The position numbers and the translations under genes were made by a program. Below the pieces are notes generated by a model. The model saw only the letters and a program-made list of their open reading frames with translations. It was not told where the DNA came from and did not search any database. 64,000 nucleotides of DNA from Minisyncoccota bacterium (GTDB lineage: Bacteria; Patescibacteriota; Minisyncoccia; Phycocordibacterales; Phycocordibacteraceae), in assembly GCA_035627595.1 (NCBI GenBank), contig DASPLK010000001.1:5619-69618 (forward strand), given 5' to 3'. Of the stretch, positions 9,611 to 19,424 are shown in pieces (the first letter of the stretch is position 1; each line of letters begins with the position of its first letter).

Positions 9611-10413
9611 GATGCCGTGTTCTACGACATCGGGTCGGGGATCGCTACAACCACTCTTTCAGTGGGAGCGCTCTCCATGGAATTTGCGATTGCGACACTG
9701 CCGCACACGACAGTTAACGTGGCGACGAACGCGAGGAAGACAACGCGACAAAGGCTCGGTTTCTTATTCTTTTGCATTTTCCACTTTTTGGTTGGAATGA
9801 ACAACAAATGCGACGCCGGATTGCGTCGCCTTCATATATAAACATGAAGAGCTCATGTTTGGCAAATCTGTACCAAATGAGCGAGGCCCGCGCGGTGCGC
9901 GAGCCTCATATGCCCTAGTTGGAATGTAAGCCCTGCCGCGCCTGCCGCTCCATGTCAGCAACCAGCTGCAACGCACGGTCCCACACTCCGTCGAAAAAAC
10001 TCACGATCAAAGGCCAGACCAGCGGAGCCGTCATCACCAGGATCATCAGAAGGACGATCACCCCGATATGCATGTGCATCCCGTCCTTGACGCTTCGATC
10101 GCGTCGGTCATATTCTTCGCCACACGAAGCCATGCATTCCTCCTCCTGAGCGGTGCGCTCCCAGGAGATGAAACCATGTCGCATGAAAAATGGCAAAGAT
10201 GACAATGCACCTACTCCCTGCTACCGTATAGATAGTTTGAGTCACCCCACCGGGACGGCAGAGGCAGGGCACACCGATCCCTGAATTGAGGCCCCGAGGG
10301 GTTTCCGGTTGGGGTTGCGGTCGCCACCCTTTGGGCTGCGGTGCCTTGATCCATCTGAGTGGCGTTATGCCGCAGGAACCATGGCCTAAGCAACTGTGGA
10401 GTGATCAAGGGTT

Positions 10414-10443
10414 GAGCCCCTCGCGCTAGGCGCGAGGGGCTCT
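10414..10443 (-). terminator. Hairpin gagcccctcgcgc-tagg-cgcgaggggctc 25 nt downstream of the rpsR stop
   Basis: 13-bp perfect GC-rich stem. The flanks are only weakly U-rich. Confidence 0.4.
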
Positions 10444-10467
10444 TAAATTTACCCTATTGAGATCTGC

Positions 10468-10674
10468 TTACGCGGAGAGGTATGGGAGAAGTCCCATATA
10501 GCGGGCGCGCTTGACCGCAAGTGCGATCTGGCGCTGCTTCTCTGCCGTCATGCCCGTACGCTTCCTACCTACGATCTTAGCGTGCGTGTTCATGAACTGG
10601 CGGAGGTACGCGACATCTTTGTAGTCGACAAACTTCTTGTGTTCGAGCTCTTCGCGCTCTGACTGATGTGCCAT
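10468..10674 (-). CDS. rpsR: 30S ribosomal protein S18
   Basis: KFVDYKDVAYLRQFMN...GKIVGRKRTGMTAEKQRQIALAVKRARYMGLLPY. Confidence 0.9.
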   Translation of the reverse strand: MAHQSEREELEHKKFVDYKDVAYLRQFMNTHAKIVGRKRTGMTAEKQRQIALAVKRARYMGLLPYLSA

Positions 10675-10700
10675 GTTAGTACGTGTTATGGGTTAGTAAT

Positions 10701-11144
10701 CTAGAACGGAATGTCCTCTGGATTGATCTCGTCATCCGGGTACTGGATGGAGTCGCCTCCGGTATCCTGGGACTGGTCGTCCGCAGCGGGAGCCTGACGG
10801 CCACCATCGGCGCGCTCGCCACCTGCAGGACCGAACTGGAAATTGTCGACGACGATCTCCGTGCGGTACTTCTTTTGGCCTTCTGCCTCCCATGAGCGGG
10901 TTTGCATGCGGCCTTCGACAAATACCGGGCGTCCCTTCTTTAGGTACTGGCCCATCACCTCTGCGGTGCGACCGAATGCGACGATATTGTGGAACTCGGT
11001 CTGCTCCTGCTGCTGGCCCTCCTTGTTACGGAAGGAGCGGTTGGTTGCGAGGCCAAAGGTTGCTACCTGCTGTCCCGACGGCAATGCGCGGAGTTCCGGA
11101 TCGCGCGTAAGGTTGCCGTACAGAAGGACTTTGTTGAGATACAT
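10701..11144 (-). CDS. ssb: Single-stranded DNA-binding protein
   Basis: OB-fold N-terminus, Gly/Gln/Asp-rich tail and a C-terminal acidic DIPF tip. It lies between rpsF and rpsR in the classic operon order. Confidence 0.9.
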   Translation of the reverse strand: MYLNKVLLYGNLTRDPELRALPSGQQVATFGLATNRSFRNKEGQQQEQTEFHNIVAFGRTAEVMGQYLKKGRPVFVEGRMQTRSWEAEGQKKYRTEIVVDNFQFGPAGGERADGGRQAPAADDQSQDTGGDSIQYPDDEINPEDIPF

Positions 11145-11151
11145 AGGTCTA

Positions 11152-11649
11152 TTATACCCCTGCGTCCTTCAATGCCTGATCGAGATCAGCATCCGCAAAT
11201 CCCTCCTCGCCTTCTAGCTTCTCTGGGGAGCGGAACATGATCTCGTGCATCTCAGCCGCATGGGTTGCTGCCTCCTTCGTAGTCTTCAAGTCGATGAAGC
11301 GCACGAAACGGGGCTCGCTCTGTGCCATCTCAAGGACGGTACCGTGTCCTTCAGTGGTCGCGTCATACGCGATCCATGCGAAGTATGCGGATACGAAATC
11401 CCTGCGGCCTGTTGTCTCCTGGCGGGAGATGGTGTATGCGAGCTGGATCTTCTCCGGCTCACCTTCCGCGACGATGTCGCCTGCTGCCGCGATCTTCTCG
11501 CGGATAGCCTGATAGGTTTTCTTCACCTCTTCCTGGGGTAGTTCAGGATCGATGTGGAAGCCAAGCTCGTAGGTACGGGTTTCGTTATTACCCTCCTCGA
11601 TCTCTAGCTCGGTGCTATCAACACCGTGTTCGATTTCCTTTTCATTCAT
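11152..11649 (-). CDS. rpsF: 30S ribosomal protein S6 (with N- and C-terminal extensions)
   Basis: The YELGFHIDPE...EKIQLAYTISRQETTGRRDFVSAYFAWIAY core matches S6. Operon context rpsF-ssb-rpsR. Confidence 0.75.
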   Translation of the reverse strand: MNEKEIEHGVDSTELEIEEGNNETRTYELGFHIDPELPQEEVKKTYQAIREKIAAAGDIVAEGEPEKIQLAYTISRQETTGRRDFVSAYFAWIAYDATTEGHGTVLEMAQSEPRFVRFIDLKTTKEAATHAAEMHEIMFRSPEKLEGEEGFADADLDQALKDAGV

Positions 11650-11697
11650 AACGGGCGAACTGTACCACGCGGATTCTGACCCCGCAATGAAGCCGTT

Positions 11698-12504
11698 TTA
11701 GAGCCTGAAGACCCGTCGTGCGTTCTCAAGGATGGCGGCCCTGACCGTGTCCTGCTCCTCACCGCGTATGCGAGCGATGGCGCCTACAACATCAATAACT
11801 GCCAAAGGGTCGTTCCGGGTGCCACGCCTCCCTTCCGGTGCTACATAGGGCGCATCGGTCTCAGAAATAATCGCTGTAAGCGGTATAGAGCGAATGACCT
11901 CGTCGTAGTCCTTGGTGAAGGTGAGGACTGCGGTAAAGGAAAGCGTAAACCCGAGCGCAACGAGCGCCTGTGCCTCTTCTACTCCGCCTACAAAGAAATG
12001 TACGTCGCCGAACAAGCGGTCGCCGTGCTCAGCCTTCTTCTCAGTCAGAATTTCAATAAGGTCCTGATATGCATTCTGCGTCCCTTTGGTAGGGCGCGCA
12101 TGGATGATGAGCGGCTTATCGAGCGAGGTCGCGATATCGACATGTTTTAGGAAGAGCTCTTTTTGGCGACCCTTATCGGATTCCTCTTGTCGGTAGTAGT
12201 CGAGGCCACACTCCCCTATTGCGATTACCTTTGAGTGCGCAGCAAGCGCGCGGTACTTCTCTATATCAAACACCTCGGTCGTATTGTCGTTTGGATGGAG
12301 GCCCACCGACGCGTAGAGGTCGTCGCATCCTTCGACAAGCGCAATGGCGCGCTCGCTTGAGGCGTAGTCAACACCGACCATAATTGCACCCACATCCTGT
12401 TCCTGCATCTTTTGCAGGATCTCTTCCTTATCCGCGTCATACGGCGGGAACTGTACATGCGCATGCGCATCGAAATACTTCATGGGAAGACGATACCACG
12501 GCAC
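11698..12504 (-). CDS. tatD: TatD-family metal-dependent DNase/hydrolase
   Basis: FDAHAHVQF, GLHPND and ECGLDYY motifs. Length 268 aa. Confidence 0.85.
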   Translation of the reverse strand: MPWYRLPMKYFDAHAHVQFPPYDADKEEILQKMQEQDVGAIMVGVDYASSERAIALVEGCDDLYASVGLHPNDNTTEVFDIEKYRALAAHSKVIAIGECGLDYYRQEESDKGRQKELFLKHVDIATSLDKPLIIHARPTKGTQNAYQDLIEILTEKKAEHGDRLFGDVHFFVGGVEEAQALVALGFTLSFTAVLTFTKDYDEVIRSIPLTAIISETDAPYVAPEGRRGTRNDPLAVIDVVGAIARIRGEEQDTVRAAILENARRVFRL

Positions 12505-12618
12505 CTCATAATTGCTTCAGGCAGGGAGACGTATAGTACACGCACGTCTCCGAGAGAATATCGAGTATCTCGATGAAGACGTCAGCAAGGTGGCGCACAA
12601 GGTGTGGCCGCTTTGCGT

Positions 12619-14043
12619 TTATGTGAGCCGCGGGAAAAGATTTTCTGGTTTCTTGTTCTCCCGCACCGCATTCAATATCTTCTCTGCTGTATCTGGCATG
12701 ATGGGCGTCAGGTGCGCTGCTATCTTCGCGAGGTGACGGACGAGTTTCTCAATATCAGCCAGCGCGATGTCCTTTTCGTCGGTTTTTATCTTCTTATATG
12801 GCTCTCGCTCAGTCATGTACTCGTCCCCCTTCCCTACGTGCTCAAAGATGAGGTCCATCGCCTCATTGAATGCAAAGCCCTCGATCATCTTCGTAAATGC
12901 TGGCTCGATGGTGACATCCTCTTTTGAAAGCGCGACCGGTGTAAGATGCTCCTCAGCAAGTTTCATCACGCGCGCGACCAGGTTCCCGAGTCCGTTCACG
13001 AGGTTTGCGGTATACCACTCGTCTAAGCGTTCCCAGGTGACGTCCGAATCCTCGACTGGATGCACATGACGCAAGAACAGGTATCGGGTGGCATCGGTAC
13101 CGTATTTCTCCACCAACTCATACGGGCTGATGACATTGCCTAAAGACTTGCTCATTCTTTGTCCGCCCGAGTTAATGAAGCCATGATAGAAGACATGGTC
13201 GGTGTTCTTGATATCGGCGGACATGAGCATCGCCTGCCACATGAGTGACTGGAAACGCACCTGATCCTTGCCTGCCATTTGCACAGTCGTGCCTTCGACC
13301 CAGTATTTCTCAAAATTGCCTGACTCCGGCCACCCGAGCGTGGAGATGTAGCTCGTGAGCGCATCGAACCACACATACATGACCTGTGAGTCATCGCCTG
13401 GTACGGGAACGCCCCAGGTGAGTTTCTCCTTTTGTCGCGAGATGCTGAAATCCTCTAGCCCTCCTGAAACGAAATTGATCGCTTCCTCCCTCCTCCATTC
13501 AGGCACGATGCTGCCGGACTGTGCCAAGTACGAAAGAAGCTTCTCCTGGTATGCACTCAAGCGGAAGAAGTAGTTCTCCTCTGTGAGCTCACGCAATTCA
13601 AGTGAAGGGTGGAGCGCGCACCTTCTCTCCTCTATCTCACGCTCGGTCTTGTACGCTTCGCAGCCGACACAGTAGAGGCCAGTGTAGCTCTTCTTATAGA
13701 TATCGCCCTTAGCCTCACATCGCTTCCACATTTCTTGTGCGGCTCGTATGTGCTTCTCATCCGTAGTGCGAATAAAAGCATCGGTTGTCAGTCCGAGCAC
13801 ATCACGGAGCTTGTAGACCTCATTCGCGTAATGATCAACATACTCCTTCACGCCCTGGCCTTTCTTCTCAGCAGCTTCGTATATCTTCTGTCCGTGCTCG
13901 TCGGTGCCCGTAGTGAAAAATACATCTTCGCCATTAAGGCGCCACATACGAGCGAGCGCATCTGCTTGGATGATCTCAAGGGCGAACCCTATATGTGGAT
14001 CCGCATTCACGTATGGGAGCGTGGTAGTAAGGTACCGGGCCAT
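12619..14043 (-). CDS. metG: Methionyl-tRNA synthetase, short form lacking the C-terminal tRNA-binding domain
   Basis: HIGH-class motif PYVNADPHIGFA and KMSKS KMSKSLGNVI. Only 474 aa. Confidence 0.9.
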   Translation of the reverse strand: MARYLTTTLPYVNADPHIGFALEIIQADALARMWRLNGEDVFFTTGTDEHGQKIYEAAEKKGQGVKEYVDHYANEVYKLRDVLGLTTDAFIRTTDEKHIRAAQEMWKRCEAKGDIYKKSYTGLYCVGCEAYKTEREIEERRCALHPSLELRELTEENYFFRLSAYQEKLLSYLAQSGSIVPEWRREEAINFVSGGLEDFSISRQKEKLTWGVPVPGDDSQVMYVWFDALTSYISTLGWPESGNFEKYWVEGTTVQMAGKDQVRFQSLMWQAMLMSADIKNTDHVFYHGFINSGGQRMSKSLGNVISPYELVEKYGTDATRYLFLRHVHPVEDSDVTWERLDEWYTANLVNGLGNLVARVMKLAEEHLTPVALSKEDVTIEPAFTKMIEGFAFNEAMDLIFEHVGKGDEYMTEREPYKKIKTDEKDIALADIEKLVRHLAKIAAHLTPIMPDTAEKILNAVRENKKPENLFPRLT

Positions 14044-15167
14044 TATGCTGCACGCGAACGCTTGCCACGGTCGACATCGTCCAGGAACTCGCGCAGTGCA
14101 GCCGCAAGCGGGACCGCGAGTAGGACGCCGAGGAATCCGGCCAAAGCGCCACCCGCAATAAGGGCGATGATGACCATGAGCGGCGGAATACCGACGACCT
14201 TATTAACAACCAGCGGATAGATGAGGTGCGCCTCGAGCTGATTTACGATCAGGTAAAGGCCGGCAACCATGAACGCAAGCGGTAATCCTCCAAAAGAGAA
14301 CGAGATAATGACGCCTAGGATACCGGCGATAAGAGAGCCGAATATCGGAATGAGATCAAACAGGGCTGCGACCACCGCAAGCAAAAGTGCGTACGGCACA
14401 CCAAGCAGGACGAGTCCAAGATATACGATGACACCTACGATGAGCGAAAGGACGAGCTGGCCCTGCATCCAGAGACCTATCTTCTTCTTTGCCCTCCCCC
14501 AGAGACCTACGACATAGTCTTCATGCTTCTGCGGGGTGATGAAGCGAAGGAACTGCTCCACGCCTGTCTCCTGAATGGCGAAGTAGAACGAGAGAACAAT
14601 GACGAGCAAAAGGGCGAACACGCCGCCGAAGAATGCGGAGACGAGCTGTATCGCACCTTCGGAACCTTCTGCAACCGCGCTGCGGTATGTGAACAGTGTC
14701 TCGATGATGGAGGCCGCGGTACCGCCTGTATCCGCAGAGAAAAACGGGGTCTGCGTCATGCCGGACAGCCCTGCGGGAAGCTCCATGGTCTCCAGATATG
14801 CAGGCACGGATGTGAGGAAGTTCTGTGTATCGTTAAGAATTGGCGGAAGCATGAAATACACGATGCTGAACAAGGTGCCAAATACCGCCAAGTACATGAC
14901 GAGCACCGAGAGGATGCGCGGAAGCTTGTATCGCATGAAGAATTCGATGCCCGGCTCGAGCGCAGATGCGATTACGACCGCGGTGATGACGAGAAGCGCC
15001 AGATCCTTGAGAATCCAGAGCGCGTACGCGGCAGCGCCCACAGCGATAAGGCGAATGAACGTGCCGGTTGTGACAGAGATAGCTCGCGGCGTTTCCATAT
15101 TGAAAATACTAGCACCAAAACGAAAACGCGACAGCCTAGGGCTGTCGCGTTTGTTACCGCTCCGCAT
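14043..15167 (-). CDS. AI-2E / UPF0118 (PerM) family transporter
   Basis: 374 aa with 8 predicted TM helices and the topology and composition of the AI-2E family. The call is by pattern only. Confidence 0.6.
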   Translation of the reverse strand: MRSGNKRDSPRLSRFRFGASIFNMETPRAISVTTGTFIRLIAVGAAAYALWILKDLALLVITAVVIASALEPGIEFFMRYKLPRILSVLVMYLAVFGTLFSIVYFMLPPILNDTQNFLTSVPAYLETMELPAGLSGMTQTPFFSADTGGTAASIIETLFTYRSAVAEGSEGAIQLVSAFFGGVFALLLVIVLSFYFAIQETGVEQFLRFITPQKHEDYVVGLWGRAKKKIGLWMQGQLVLSLIVGVIVYLGLVLLGVPYALLLAVVAALFDLIPIFGSLIAGILGVIISFSFGGLPLAFMVAGLYLIVNQLEAHLIYPLVVNKVVGIPPLMVIIALIAGGALAGFLGVLLAVPLAAALREFLDDVDRGKRSRAA

Positions 15168-15537
15168 GGCAGTGTTCGTTGCGACTGGACGAATCGCTCA
15201 GGTTTAGGCTCTCGCCATCCCCCATCGGAACATCGCATATAAGTGCGATATCACCCACGACAAGCCAGTCCTCAACCAACGAGCGAGCGCTTTCTCGACT
15301 CACGACCCGGCCTTCCCGTCCGATGAAAAACGGAATGTCCGAAGCGTCGAAGAATTTGCTCGACACGCGGAACGCGACCTGTTCAGTCACGGGGTCATGA
15401 TGCGGAATCACGAAGACCATATCCCGGACGAGCGGTTCATCCTTCGGCGCATCAATCAGGCGGTATGGAAGCTCCTGGGTGCTGCCGGCAGAGAATACGG
15501 CAGCGAATGCGCACATAGACGCAAGCAGAGTTCGCAT
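15154..15537 (-). CDS. Hypothetical secreted protein
   Basis: Signal peptide MRTLLASMCAFAAVFSAGS. 127 aa with no recognised motif. Confidence 0.35.
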   Translation of the reverse strand: MRTLLASMCAFAAVFSAGSTQELPYRLIDAPKDEPLVRDMVFVIPHHDPVTEQVAFRVSSKFFDASDIPFFIGREGRVVSRESARSLVEDWLVVGDIALICDVPMGDGESLNLSDSSSRNEHCHAER

Positions 15538-15596
15538 GACATATCCTTTCTATTTAAACGAGCCCCGCCGTAGCATGGCCCTCACGGCCCAGTAGG

Positions 15597-16925
15597 TCAA
15601 GCGAGCGCGTTACGTAGGTGGTCTGCGACCTCCTCAATAGTCATGCGCTTCTGCTCGCCCGTATCACGATCACGCACAGTAACCGTATCTTTAAGCTCCG
15701 GTGTCTCTCCGAGAGTATCGAAGTCGATGGTAATACACCACGGCGTGCCAATCTCGTCCTGACGTCGGTAGCGTTTACCGATATTGCCGTTATCGTCCCA
15801 GGCAATCGCTGGATGTACCTTCTGGAGAGCTTTGCGTACTTCCCTCGCCTTCTCGACGAGCTCCGGCTTGTTCTTCAAAAGTGGTGACACCATCGCCTTT
15901 ACAGGAGCAACCTTTGGCATGAAGCGGAGCACAGTACGGGTTTCACCGCCAAGCTCATCCTCATCGTATGCTGATGCAAGAACCGCGAGGAAAGTGCGGT
16001 CTAGGCCAAACGACGGCTCGATGACATGTGGGATCAACTTCTCCTTGCTCTCCTCATCAAGATACTCAAGTGAAACGCCTGACGTCTCCATATGTGCGCG
16101 CAAATCAAAATCGGTGCGGTACGCAAGGCCCCACAACTCACGACGACCGAATGGATACTCGTACTCAAGGTCAATTGTGCGCTTGGAGTAATGTGCGAGA
16201 TCTTCTGCTGCAATCTCAGTCGGGTAGAAACGATCCATAGAGAGACCGATGGTCTTAGCGTATGCCGTTACATCAGCTTCCCACTTCGCAAATGATTCCT
16301 CCCATGCATCTGGGCGTATAAAGTACTCAATCTCCATTTGTTCAAACTCACGCAGACGGAAGACGAACTCGCGCGGTGCGATCTCATTACGAAATGCCTT
16401 ACCAATCTGCGCCATGCCGAATGGTAGCTTCGGATGGTACGTGTCAATAATATTCTTGAAATTAACAAACATGCCGCCCGCAGTCTCAGGACGAAGGTAG
16501 GCAGTGGATGATTCATCCTCTGTAGCGCCGACTGATGTTTTAAACATCATGTTGAACTGGCGCGGTTCACTTAATGTCCCCTCTTTCTTACACTCAGGGC
16601 ACGTTGAAAGGTCTTCGAGATGGTCTGCACGGAAGCGTTTCTTGCAGTTACTGCACTCGACCAGCGGGTCGGAGAACCCAGCGACATGACCTGACGCGAC
16701 CCATGCTTTCGGGTTCATAACAATGGAAGCATCCACGCCGTACATGTCATCCCGCTCCTCAACAAACATACGCCACCAGAGCTGTTTCAGGTTGTTCCGA
16801 AGAGCCACGCCATGTGGTCCATAGTCGAAGGTACCGGCCATGCCGCCATATATCTCAGAGCCGGGAAACACGAACCCGCGGCGTTTAGCCAGGGAGACGA
16901 TGGTGTCGAGGGATACATTCTTCAT
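15597..16925 (-). CDS. glyQS: Glycyl-tRNA synthetase (alpha2 dimeric type)
   Basis: N-terminus MKNVSLDTIVSLAKRRGFVFPGSEIYGGMAGTFDYGPHG. Class II motifs and the CNCKKRF...CPECK zinc knuckle. Confidence 0.9.
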   Translation of the reverse strand: MKNVSLDTIVSLAKRRGFVFPGSEIYGGMAGTFDYGPHGVALRNNLKQLWWRMFVEERDDMYGVDASIVMNPKAWVASGHVAGFSDPLVECSNCKKRFRADHLEDLSTCPECKKEGTLSEPRQFNMMFKTSVGATEDESSTAYLRPETAGGMFVNFKNIIDTYHPKLPFGMAQIGKAFRNEIAPREFVFRLREFEQMEIEYFIRPDAWEESFAKWEADVTAYAKTIGLSMDRFYPTEIAAEDLAHYSKRTIDLEYEYPFGRRELWGLAYRTDFDLRAHMETSGVSLEYLDEESKEKLIPHVIEPSFGLDRTFLAVLASAYDEDELGGETRTVLRFMPKVAPVKAMVSPLLKNKPELVEKAREVRKALQKVHPAIAWDDNGNIGKRYRRQDEIGTPWCITIDFDTLGETPELKDTVTVRDRDTGEQKRMTIEEVADHLRNALA

Positions 16926-16933
16926 AGAAAAGG

Positions 16934-18823
16934 TTAGCGGGTGACGGTACCGAGGGAGTTATTGTACCCTGGATCGCTCGTCGTCTCGGTCGTGAGATCA
17001 GACGCAGTGCTGGTGACCTGCTTCTCTACGAAACGGTCGTAGCCTGATATCGTCTGTGGGAACACGAGTACGGGACTTGTACCTCGCTGGGAAGTGCTTG
17101 GCAAGAGTGAGACCTGGAACGCTGCCGTACGTCCGGAAGTTCCCGCAGGCATGTCCCCTACCACCCAGGAAACCTCACGGGTAGAGGCGTTATAGGTTAC
17201 AGAGCCGTCTGCAGGCTGCACCATGCCGGTAAAGGTCACGTACGACGGCAGTGTTGCGGTTACTTTAGCGCCACCAACTGAATTTACGGTATTCGATGCC
17301 GACAGCAATATAGTGTACGTCGTCTCCTGGTCGGCGACTGGCGGCCACGGGCCCGTGTTTGTAAATGGACCTGTGGAGCGCACCGCACGGGAAGTGAGCG
17401 TGAGGTCGGTCGACACCTTAACGGTCTTTGTTACGGTCGAGTTAATAGTTTCTGGAACACCCGACTCCCCGACGCGCCTTCCCGCGACCGATACGGTAAA
17501 TGTCATGGTTGGGTTCCGAAGCGCGGCGAGCTCTGCTTTGGAGCGCATGGGGACCGTGAACGATCCTCCTCCGGAGTCGCCCGGCTGAAGTTCGCGAAGT
17601 CCCGCACTTGTCTCGCGGTTAAAGACGATGGTCTGATCGCTCGAACGATAGAACCCGCTAGAAGCCTTTACATTGCGCGTGTCCGCAGCGTCGCCTGAGA
17701 CGCGAACGTTAATTTGCCCATCGAGTACAGTTGTTGGAAGCGAGTTCGCCCAGCTGAGCGTACCCTGTACCTGCTCCCCTGCCCGTACGATGACGGTGTC
17801 GCTCTCGTCGCGATTAAGGGAAAGTGCCACTCCAAGGAACGGACGCGTGATTGTGACGAGTGCTTCTTGGGTCGTATAGGTGACTGCAAGTGCCTGGCTA
17901 CCCCCACCACGCGGCGTACCCGCAGTGAAGCGGAACACCCGCTCGTCGCCTTGTTGGCCCGTAAGTATGCCGGTAACGCGGATGGTCTTTGATTCTCCCG
18001 GGGCAAGACCGCCGAGCTCGAAGAGATTGCCCTGCGCTGCGGCTGGTTCTGTACTTTGAACTTGGAATCCAAATGGATACTCCCCCATTACTGCGACGCT
18101 TTCAACTGGATCAGTGCCATTCGCACGGGCGATGACTGTAACGGTCACGGGCTGACCGGATGCGCTTTCGCTTAAAGCCGCAACCGAGAGCGAGACAGGC
18201 GAACTTGTGATGGTAAAGGAGTATTCTTCACGCTTAACAAACACGGCGTTCGACCCCTCTATACGGTATTCGAAGGTTACCGGAATGGTGACCACCTGAT
18301 TGGCCGCGCCTGAGATTACCGCGCGCGCGGTGCGGGTCGCTCGCTCCCCGGGCATGACGCTGCCTACGGTATCCGTATAGCGAACCATTTCTTCAGATGT
18401 ATTGTCTGCGGATCGCGTGCCCTCTGGGTATTCGACCGTAAGAAGCGTGCTCTCAATGGGCGCAGGATTCCGGTTGTCTATTGTGATTACAAGCTGCACC
18501 GCATCCCCGCTTGCGATGGAGGTAGGGCCTTTTATCGCTACATCGACTCGATCGGTCGATACCGATCGAGTACCGAAGAAAAGAAATAGGACCGCGATGA
18601 TAGATGCGATTGCGAAAAATGCTATCGCGCCGATCAAGAAGTACGCGGACGGTGAGATGCGCTTTTTCTCAGGCGTAGGCTCAGGCTCCCAATGCCGCTC
18701 AACTGGCGGAGGCGGAGGTGCCGCAACTGGCATGGGAGTTTCCATCCGCGGCAGATCCGCATCCTTGGCGTAGAGCTTATGCTGAAGGTCTTCAAGGCCG
18801 TGCAGGTTCTCGTCTTCGGGCAT
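16934..18823 (-). CDS. Membrane-anchored surface protein of unknown function
   Basis: Cytoplasmic N-terminus with a PPPPP run, a single TM helix (YFLIGAIAFFAIASIIAVLFLFF), then ~530 aa rich in T, S, V and G suggesting beta-sandwich repeats. Confidence 0.45.
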   Translation of the reverse strand: MPEDENLHGLEDLQHKLYAKDADLPRMETPMPVAAPPPPPVERHWEPEPTPEKKRISPSAYFLIGAIAFFAIASIIAVLFLFFGTRSVSTDRVDVAIKGPTSIASGDAVQLVITIDNRNPAPIESTLLTVEYPEGTRSADNTSEEMVRYTDTVGSVMPGERATRTARAVISGAANQVVTIPVTFEYRIEGSNAVFVKREEYSFTITSSPVSLSVAALSESASGQPVTVTVIARANGTDPVESVAVMGEYPFGFQVQSTEPAAAQGNLFELGGLAPGESKTIRVTGILTGQQGDERVFRFTAGTPRGGGSQALAVTYTTQEALVTITRPFLGVALSLNRDESDTVIVRAGEQVQGTLSWANSLPTTVLDGQINVRVSGDAADTRNVKASSGFYRSSDQTIVFNRETSAGLRELQPGDSGGGSFTVPMRSKAELAALRNPTMTFTVSVAGRRVGESGVPETINSTVTKTVKVSTDLTLTSRAVRSTGPFTNTGPWPPVADQETTYTILLSASNTVNSVGGAKVTATLPSYVTFTGMVQPADGSVTYNASTREVSWVVGDMPAGTSGRTAAFQVSLLPSTSQRGTSPVLVFPQTISGYDRFVEKQVTSTASDLTTETTSDPGYNNSLGTVTR

Positions 18824-18857
18824 TTCCCAAAGTATAGCGCACGCGGAGATATGATGA

Positions 18858-19424
18858 TTACAGTCCTGACGCCTCTATGCCACGATTCACACGCGTAATC
18901 AGGTCTTTGCGCTTAGCAAGCGCATATTCCCGTGCGGCATTCCCAAAATGACCATCCGTCTGCGGCACCTGCTCTCCCGCATCGAGTCCTGCATCCTGCA
19001 GCAGGTACAGCGCAGCCAGGGTCTCGGCGGCATCCTGCTCTTCGTCCGCCAGCGTCGGTAGTATTTCGAGATACTCCTTGAAGAGCTCGTATATTTCTCC
19101 TCCGCCACTATCAGTCACCAGGCGTAGCATGAGGTTCGCGACGCGGCCGGCGCGCTCGCGTGCGTCTGGTGCTAAATCAGTAAAGTAATCGTGCGCAAGA
19201 ATGGCGCCTGAGAGTCGCCATCCCTCCTTTCCCCTAAGCAAGATCACATCAGATTGAGCGAGCGTCGTGAGCGCGGCGGACAATTTAGCGCCAGGCTTCC
19301 GCACCCCCTGCGCGCGTGCGCGCACAAGCCCGAGCTCGCTTGTTAAAAGAGAGACGAGCGAACTTGCTTCTCCAAGGGGAGATCTCCCGAGCACAATTGC
19401 CTCTGTCGCGTACTTATGACGCAT
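18858..19424 (-). CDS. recO: DNA repair protein RecO (short form)
   Basis: N-terminal OB-fold pattern AIVLGRSPLGEASSLVSLLTSELGLVRARAQGVRKPGAKLSAAL is typical of RecO. 188 aa. It overlaps ileS by 11 nt. Confidence 0.6.
   Translation of the reverse strand: MRHKYATEAIVLGRSPLGEASSLVSLLTSELGLVRARAQGVRKPGAKLSAALTTLAQSDVILLRGKEGWRLSGAILAHDYFTDLAPDARERAGRVANLMLRLVTDSGGGEIYELFKEYLEILPTLADEEQDAAETLAALYLLQDAGLDAGEQVPQTDGHFGNAAREYALAKRKDLITRVNRGIEASGL

Noticed and set aside
10206-10414. SRP RNA (4.5S) assignment for the structured element
   Set aside because: The conserved domain-IV motif (GGAAGCAGC with a GNRA tetraloop) is not present on either strand. The element is kept as an unclassified structured-RNA candidate in the findings.
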